This document shows, in pieces, positions 58,711-64,000 of a DNA stretch of 64,000 nt; position 1 is the stretch's first letter, and each line of letters begins with the position of its first letter. Origin of the DNA: a virus (lineage: Duplodnaviria > Caudoviricetes); the IMG/VR virus record IMGVR_UViG_3300013830_000007, positions 1 through 64,000 of that record. One strand, written 5' to 3'. The position numbers were made by a program, and so were the translations under genes. A model generated the notes under the pieces. That model was not told the DNA's origin. It searched no databases and worked only from the letters and a program-made list of their open reading frames with translations.

Positions 58711-58757
58711 AATGAATATGCTATGCCTTAGGTAAACCGGAGGTTAAACTAAGTATC

Positions 58758-59216
58758 ATGATTTCAAGACACGGCATGGTTTCATTCTTAACTAGCAATA
58801 AATTATATTTACTGGCAGTTGTATATTCAAAGGCTAGCGAGAACGAATTAGACGCATTAACCGCTGCAATAAAACATGAAACCGGTGTTGATCTTAGCAG
58901 AGATGACTATTACAATATCAAATTAGAAGATCTTGAAAAAGTCAGAGAATTCGAAGGTAAACGACATGGATATTTAATCGCATTAACCAGCAATAGCATC
59001 TATAATGACGATAAAAGAAAAGCTGAAATTAAAACTCTCAATTTTAAATTCATCATCGCTTCTATCGGAATAGTATTTGCTTTGACCTGGTTTACATTAT
59101 TCATGTTTATATCTGTACCTCCTGAAAATGCCAAGTTTATCGATGCTGGTATAGGATTATTGTCATCGCTGGTTGGATGCTTTGTCTACGGATATTTTAA
59201 ATCAGATAAAAAATGA
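58758..59216 (+). CDS. Membrane protein with two C-terminal TM helices, possible holin
   Basis: FIIASIGIVFALTWFTLFMFISV and AGIGLLSSLVGCFVYGYF with a basic C-terminus. Confidence 0.45.
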   Translation: MISRHGMVSFLTSNKLYLLAVVYSKASENELDALTAAIKHETGVDLSRDDYYNIKLEDLEKVREFEGKRHGYLIALTSNSIYNDDKRKAEIKTLNFKFIIASIGIVFALTWFTLFMFISVPPENAKFIDAGIGLLSSLVGCFVYGYFKSDKK

Positions 59217-59226
59217 TCAAAATAAA

Positions 59227-59259
59227 CTATACCCACCGATTAACTGTCGGTGGGTATAG
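59227..59259. terminator. Terminator between convergent genes
   Basis: 13-bp stem ctatacccaccga/tcggtgggtatag. Confidence 0.7.
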
Positions 59260-59262
59260 GAT

Positions 59263-59700
59263 TTATACTATCTGGTTGATTCGGGCACAACAGGCTAAAG
59301 AATCGCATACTTCATTGTACACATTTCCGACATGACCTTTGACCCAATGACGGTATACAACATGTCTCTTAAGCAAATCAAGTAATTGGAGCCACAGGTC
59401 AAGATTGGGAATATCCTGACCTTTGGTCTTCCAGTGTTTTTTAGCCCATCTCTTGCTATAATCAATACCATCAAGTACATACTTACTATCAGAGTATAAA
59501 TGAACTATGCATCTGGTGGTAAGTTTGGACAGTGCCATTATAACCGCAGTTAATTCCATTCTGTTACTGGTGGTATCGTAAGCCGAACCGCATAAATTCC
59601 ACTGCTGACCATTCCAAATAAGAACACTCGCCCAACCGCCCATTCGAGACTTACAACTTCCATCGGTATATATAGTAATTACTGGTAATGGCAACTCCAT
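59263..59700 (-). CDS. rnhA: Ribonuclease HI
   Basis: IYTDGSC, TTSNRMELTAVI, YSDSKYV and HWVKGHVGNVYNEVCDSLA. ATG at 59700 has a GAGG RBS. Confidence 0.95.
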   Translation of the reverse strand: MELPLPVITIYTDGSCKSRMGGWASVLIWNGQQWNLCGSAYDTTSNRMELTAVIMALSKLTTRCIVHLYSDSKYVLDGIDYSKRWAKKHWKTKGQDIPNLDLWLQLLDLLKRHVVYRHWVKGHVGNVYNEVCDSLACCARINQIV

Positions 59701-59709
59701 GAACACCTC

Positions 59710-60414
59710 TCAGCTTATTCGGACAGCATACAATCTAATGTGCTTATCCTTAATTTCCTTCTTAAAGTTATCTATAGATATTTTGTATCTATAGGGAAGC
59801 AATCTGGCAAGATGCTCCTGCGGTGTGAGAATGATATTATCTTTATCAATCTCACTGATTTTCATAATCAGATTCTCAGACTCTTCAGATATAGTCCAAG
59901 TCTCATCAAAAGATCTTAATGATGCTCTCAGGTTGGCAGAATCCATACCTGTGAGAATAAAATCATCAGCTACAGTTGCACTATTGACTTTGGCTAATTC
60001 CAGCCAGGCGTTGAGCTCATCTTCGGTATCTACAATACCAAGCTCAACATTATCATAATCAGTGAACAGATAAGCAAATGACATCTTGACTTCAAGCATA
60101 ATCTCAACTATCCACATAGGCAGATTATTGCGAATAAAAATGCCATATCTGGGTACTGAACTATCTGAAGTTTTCTTACCGTTCTCATCAGTAACGTACA
60201 TAATCTTAATCGCATCGTCATGATCGATTATTCCATTACTGGTAAGATGACAGTTTCTGAAAATATCAAAAAAGTCAACAACACTGTTAGTAGTGTTTCT
60301 CATACGGATAGACATGAGCATAGTGTATTTGCTCGGTATCTCTTCCTCTGGTTTAAAAGCCCCTGCTGTTCTGGCTTTAACCATCATCTGAAATGTATCT
60401 TTCACATCATACAT
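59710..60414 (-). CDS. Hypothetical protein
   Basis: 234-aa ORF upstream of rnhA. Confidence 0.65.
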   Translation of the reverse strand: MYDVKDTFQMMVKARTAGAFKPEEEIPSKYTMLMSIRMRNTTNSVVDFFDIFRNCHLTSNGIIDHDDAIKIMYVTDENGKKTSDSSVPRYGIFIRNNLPMWIVEIMLEVKMSFAYLFTDYDNVELGIVDTEDELNAWLELAKVNSATVADDFILTGMDSANLRASLRSFDETWTISEESENLIMKISEIDKDNIILTPQEHLARLLPYRYKISIDNFKKEIKDKHIRLYAVRIS

Positions 60415-60509
60415 TTTGAGTATTCAATTCCTATAAAACCTTTATACAAAATCCCTGTATCTATTGATACCACTGCATACTCTCAATATATTAAAAATGA
60501 AAAAAAAAA

Positions 60510-60783
60510 AAAAATAAGCTGTCATTTCTGACAGCCTATTTCCGAACGGACTCAGTGATCGTTGCGCTTGGTCTGCTCGTATCAGACCCGATCACTGCCG
60601 CTCTTCCGCATCCAGGGCTTCTCTCCAGTCACCTGTGCGGCTCATCCCCGTGTGCATCCGAGGTCTGCTACGAGCAGCGTTCACTGTCTGAGTGCTAGGT
60701 ATTCCTAACACCTTCAACAGCGCTCCCGCTTTTTAATGCACTTATTGCACGGGAGGATATATGCACATTGCTGTACACATATC
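60510..60783 (-). ncRNA. Candidate structured non-coding RNA (~270 nt), family not recognised
   Basis: 57% GC over 60541-60720 in an AT-rich genome, at least six hairpins, its own promoter block (60782-60820) and a GAAA-loop terminator followed by 15 T. Confidence 0.6.
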
Positions 60784-60820
60784 ACTATAGTTATATATAT
60801 TCGAGAATATTTAACCTACA
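60782..60820 (-). promoter_or_regulatory. 39-bp promoter block, copy 2 (identical to 24639-24677)
   Basis: Exact 39-bp identity, same orientation. Confidence 0.75.
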
Positions 60821-61003
60821 GTTTAAAATAGTAGTCCCCGATTTCTCGGAGGCTACTAGGTTATCAAGGTTCAATAGAGGTTAGAGATTTTAGCATCATG
60901 GGAACAACCAGTAACGATAACCCAAGCAGGAGGTTAAATGAAAATCACAAATCCGAAATTTTCATTGTTACTAATTATCTCAATTAATAGCCCGAGTTAA
61001 TTT

Positions 61004-63268
61004 TTATTCAACATGTGCTAACGCTTTCTTTCCTTCCTCTTCGCTTACCCATCCATAGACATTGGAAAATATTATATCTTTCTTGGCATCGCCAACTGAT
61101 ATTCCAAGTGAACCCAATATCAGATACAAAGGTTTGGAATTTGCCGATACCAATTTGTTATAGTCAATCACTGGCTGCAGTTCTGCAGGTATAGTATTAA
61201 ACGACGGGTTAATCGGTATTCTATTCAAATCTTTATCAGGATACTTTTCTTTAAATCTCATTAACTTCTGATAAATCCCAAAATCTTTTTCTTTCAGCCA
61301 ATCCTGATATTTTAAACTCTCCATACCAAAAAGCGGAACTATATAACACTTAGTAGGTATCTGGATTTTACCATACTTATCTCCGAATACTTCTTCCCAT
61401 AACAAATAATTAAAATATACGGATGAATCGGCATTAGCATATTCATCTTTGTTTTTAATTGCAGTCATGGGTAAAAATTCAGTCTGTAAGTGTCTCAATG
61501 AGTCTCTTATCATTCTTTCGAATCTTAATACGTCAATTAATTTCTCTTCCGCAACAACCGTAGATTTCGAATAAATATCATCGATTACAGACCTAATAAA
61601 CCACTCAGTGTAGGATAGTACTCCCTTACTAAAATTAGATCCTCTTAACCCAACTCCTTTGATATCAAGACGTGGAGTTTTGAATACAACACCTTCCTGA
61701 ATTTTCAGTATACTGGCATAATGTTTTTTCAACGATGTCAAAATATCAACTGGCATCATGAATTCGTTTTTCATCGCCATACCAGTCAAATCTTTACCAA
61801 GTGCGCCGAATGCTTCGCTTACATGAAACAAAACATTGGCATTGGCTTTACTCAGCCAATAGACGATCAGAGAATTGATCTGATACGCTTTACTGTCCAT
61901 GACTGTATTACCTTTGTACCACTGTAACCAGCTCTTGGTAGTAAAAATAATACTATCGGTATCACTGACAACTACGGCATCACGATATTGATTTTTATGC
62001 TCAACAACGTATGAAACGTTAACGTTGTGATTCATAAACAAATCAAAAACATCCATGAAACTTTTAAGCATTATTTCAAGATGCTTTCCATAAGCCGCTA
62101 ATCTCCGGGCTAATTCAGGGTTGACTTTAATACAATCGTAAATCGAAATAGCATTTCCCTTATCGTTCAGAGGCAGCATTTCGTTACATACGGTACTCAG
62201 GATAATGGCAACATCTCCATCGATGTTGTTAATATCATCGGGTACAATATTCTGATCAACTTCAACTTTACTGAAATCAAAAAGTTTTTGAGTCCAATCT
62301 CTGAACCAACTGTCGTTAGTAAAAACAAGATGTTTCATATTGCTCATGTAAAATACGAAACACAGTTGTTCTTTACTGAAAGTCCGGAGTAGTCGGTCAA
62401 TTGGTGAAGTCTCAGCCAGAAAATCATATCGTTTTAAAGCTTTAAATAAAAACTCTTCAACCATTTCGAAACTAGGATAAACGAATCCGTATTTATCCAT
62501 AATCTCGTCGATTTTCTTACTATCAGGACCACACCGCAGGCACCCCATCAAAAAGTTAATAACCTGCTCAGTATTCAGGAAATAGAAATTACTTTCAAGA
62601 AATCTTTCAGCATGAGCATATGAGTTCATGATGAAGAATCTTCCGATACTGGTAACACTGTTAAAATCAGCTACTGAACTCAGACTGCTGAACCCACTTC
62701 CCATTCCGCCAGCTATTGAGTTCATCAGTACTTTGATAGTACTCTGGTTGTTGTTGTGGAATACTTCAGCGACTTTGTTACATTCTTTCTTAGCCTTGAG
62801 CATAAGCTTTTTCTCCTGCTTACGCTGGCTTTTTTTCATATCAATCATTCCCTTCAGATAACTTACGCATTTATCAGTAGTTTCAAAAACTACTCCGAAA
62901 GGAGAGATAATTTTATCAGAATACCGTTTGGTGAATTTATACAAATCCATATCAGGAATTTCGATATAATCACCATATACGTGAGCTCTGTTGTGAATAT
63001 TATTACTATCAGAGCTTCGAATACAACGAAGAGTAGGCCACAATTGGTCATCCCCGAATCGGGGAGTGTTAAGGTCTAATCCTTCGTTCCTGGCCCTTTC
63101 AAGATTGCCTATCAGTACGCCGACTCTCCGATTAACTTTATCAGCTACCCATTCACGAATCTCTTCATAGTCAAACTCAGGATGAGTTCGTTTCAAATAA
63201 TCTGACATTACCGAAATGTAAGATTCAAATACATCTGGCCGTTTAATAGGAACAGTATTAAAATTCAT
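61004..63268 (-). CDS. Family-B DNA polymerase, C-terminal half (phiKZ gp50-like)
   Basis: Motif B K...QSTIKVLMNSIAGG, motif C VVSDTDSIIF, KKHY and DIKGV. No exonuclease motifs and no motif A. Confidence 0.85.
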   Translation of the reverse strand: MNFNTVPIKRPDVFESYISVMSDYLKRTHPEFDYEEIREWVADKVNRRVGVLIGNLERARNEGLDLNTPRFGDDQLWPTLRCIRSSDSNNIHNRAHVYGDYIEIPDMDLYKFTKRYSDKIISPFGVVFETTDKCVSYLKGMIDMKKSQRKQEKKLMLKAKKECNKVAEVFHNNNQSTIKVLMNSIAGGMGSGFSSLSSVADFNSVTSIGRFFIMNSYAHAERFLESNFYFLNTEQVINFLMGCLRCGPDSKKIDEIMDKYGFVYPSFEMVEEFLFKALKRYDFLAETSPIDRLLRTFSKEQLCFVFYMSNMKHLVFTNDSWFRDWTQKLFDFSKVEVDQNIVPDDINNIDGDVAIILSTVCNEMLPLNDKGNAISIYDCIKVNPELARRLAAYGKHLEIMLKSFMDVFDLFMNHNVNVSYVVEHKNQYRDAVVVSDTDSIIFTTKSWLQWYKGNTVMDSKAYQINSLIVYWLSKANANVLFHVSEAFGALGKDLTGMAMKNEFMMPVDILTSLKKHYASILKIQEGVVFKTPRLDIKGVGLRGSNFSKGVLSYTEWFIRSVIDDIYSKSTVVAEEKLIDVLRFERMIRDSLRHLQTEFLPMTAIKNKDEYANADSSVYFNYLLWEEVFGDKYGKIQIPTKCYIVPLFGMESLKYQDWLKEKDFGIYQKLMRFKEKYPDKDLNRIPINPSFNTIPAELQPVIDYNKLVSANSKPLYLILGSLGISVGDAKKDIIFSNVYGWVSEEEGKKALAHVE

Positions 63269-64000
63269 AACTAACCTCTGCTTGAAATTTTCTAAAATAT
63301 TTCAGCAGTAACTTATTAGTGATTTGCTTAAAAATGTCTACCCACTAGAATACAACACCTACCCATATAAAATTGAAATAATCATAAATTTTATACCGTA
63401 AGAATAGGCTTTACAGATAAAGAAAATAACTTGATAACCAAAAGGGTTGTTGATCTAAGTTGATATTTTTAAGATAAAATATTTCAAAAAATTTTTCACC
63501 CGAAAAATTTATTCGTGATGGCTATCTGCATATAGGCTTTGATTATTGCTAAAACCCCTCTAGCCTAAGGTAATAGGCTTTTCTTATAGCCTATATCTTA
63601 TATATCTAAGTAAATAAAGGAATAACATATAAGCCTATAGCGTCACTTCGTTCCGCTATAGGCTTATATGTTATATTTATACTACCCCATCCTTTTTTTT
63701 AATACTTTCCTTCCCCTAACTTGGAGAATTCAAGCACAACATAACGATGCATTGTACAAAAATATTTTGCCGTATTTCTCGGCTTAAAATAAAACCTATA
63801 AGAATTTGACTGAAAATTTTTAAAATCGTTATAGAGATATATCAAAATTTGCCTAGGATAAGTCGATTTTAAACTCTTTTACGATTAATCGGCACCTTTT
63901 AATCTCTAGCTAATGTAAAATAGTCTTATCACTAGAATACAACACCTACCCTAGTTTAGAATGAATTATTGAATAATTTGTGCCGTATGAATCGGCCTTA
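63269..64000. repeat. AT-rich non-coding region with direct and inverted repeats (possible replication origin)
   Basis: 22-bp direct repeat at 63343-63364 and 63930-63951; 21-bp perfect inverted repeat at 63622-63642/63654-63674; five ATAGGCTT octamers. Confidence 0.6.

Noticed and set aside
60500-60514. 15-nt poly-A as a phase-variable tract
   Set aside because: It is intergenic and directly follows a hairpin on the minus strand, so it is the terminator U-tract. Its length may also reflect homopolymer error.
1-64000. Stop-codon reassignment (alternative genetic code)
   Set aside because: Core genes are full length and tightly packed under the standard code, and TAA, TAG and TGA all terminate genes.
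1-64000. tRNA, tmRNA or rRNA genes
   Set aside because: No cloverleaf with a GTTCRA T-loop and acceptor stem was seen. The tccgttcgga hairpin at 60541-60550 lacks the other arms.

Overview
This window is part of an AT-rich, phiKZ-related jumbo phage genome. Core genes identified from motifs and gene order are a DnaB-type helicase next to a gp119-like head protein and the major capsid protein, and a terminase large subunit with two adjacent virion genes. Also present are three separately encoded multisubunit RNA polymerase pieces, a family-B DNA polymerase split into halves about 48 kb apart, SbcC/Rad50, RNase HI and a bacterial-type GyrA/GyrB-like pair. Accessory content includes a tail-fibre module, an array of small paralogous early genes and a six-gene sugar-modification island (radical SAM, GT8, FAD oxidoreductase, Glf fused to a kinase-like domain, NAD epimerase, TIM barrel). 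The most notable observations are five. (1) A tail protein ends in a DGR-type variable region followed by a hairpin and what looks like only the C-terminal stump of a reverse transcriptase, with no template repeat in the window, suggesting a deleted ('frozen') diversity-generating retroelement. (2) A GC-rich, multi-hairpin ~270-nt candidate ncRNA shares an identical 39-bp promoter block with an unannotated 44-aa histone-H1-like peptide gene 36 kb away. (3) A 135-bp tandem duplication sandwiches a 40-bp copy of internal gyrA sequence. (4) A LigA-like protein lacks the adenylation domain. (5) An origin-like non-coding region lies upstream of the polymerase gene. No tRNA, CRISPR array or chimallin gene was recognised. 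All assignments rest on motif recognition by eye; no database searches were run.
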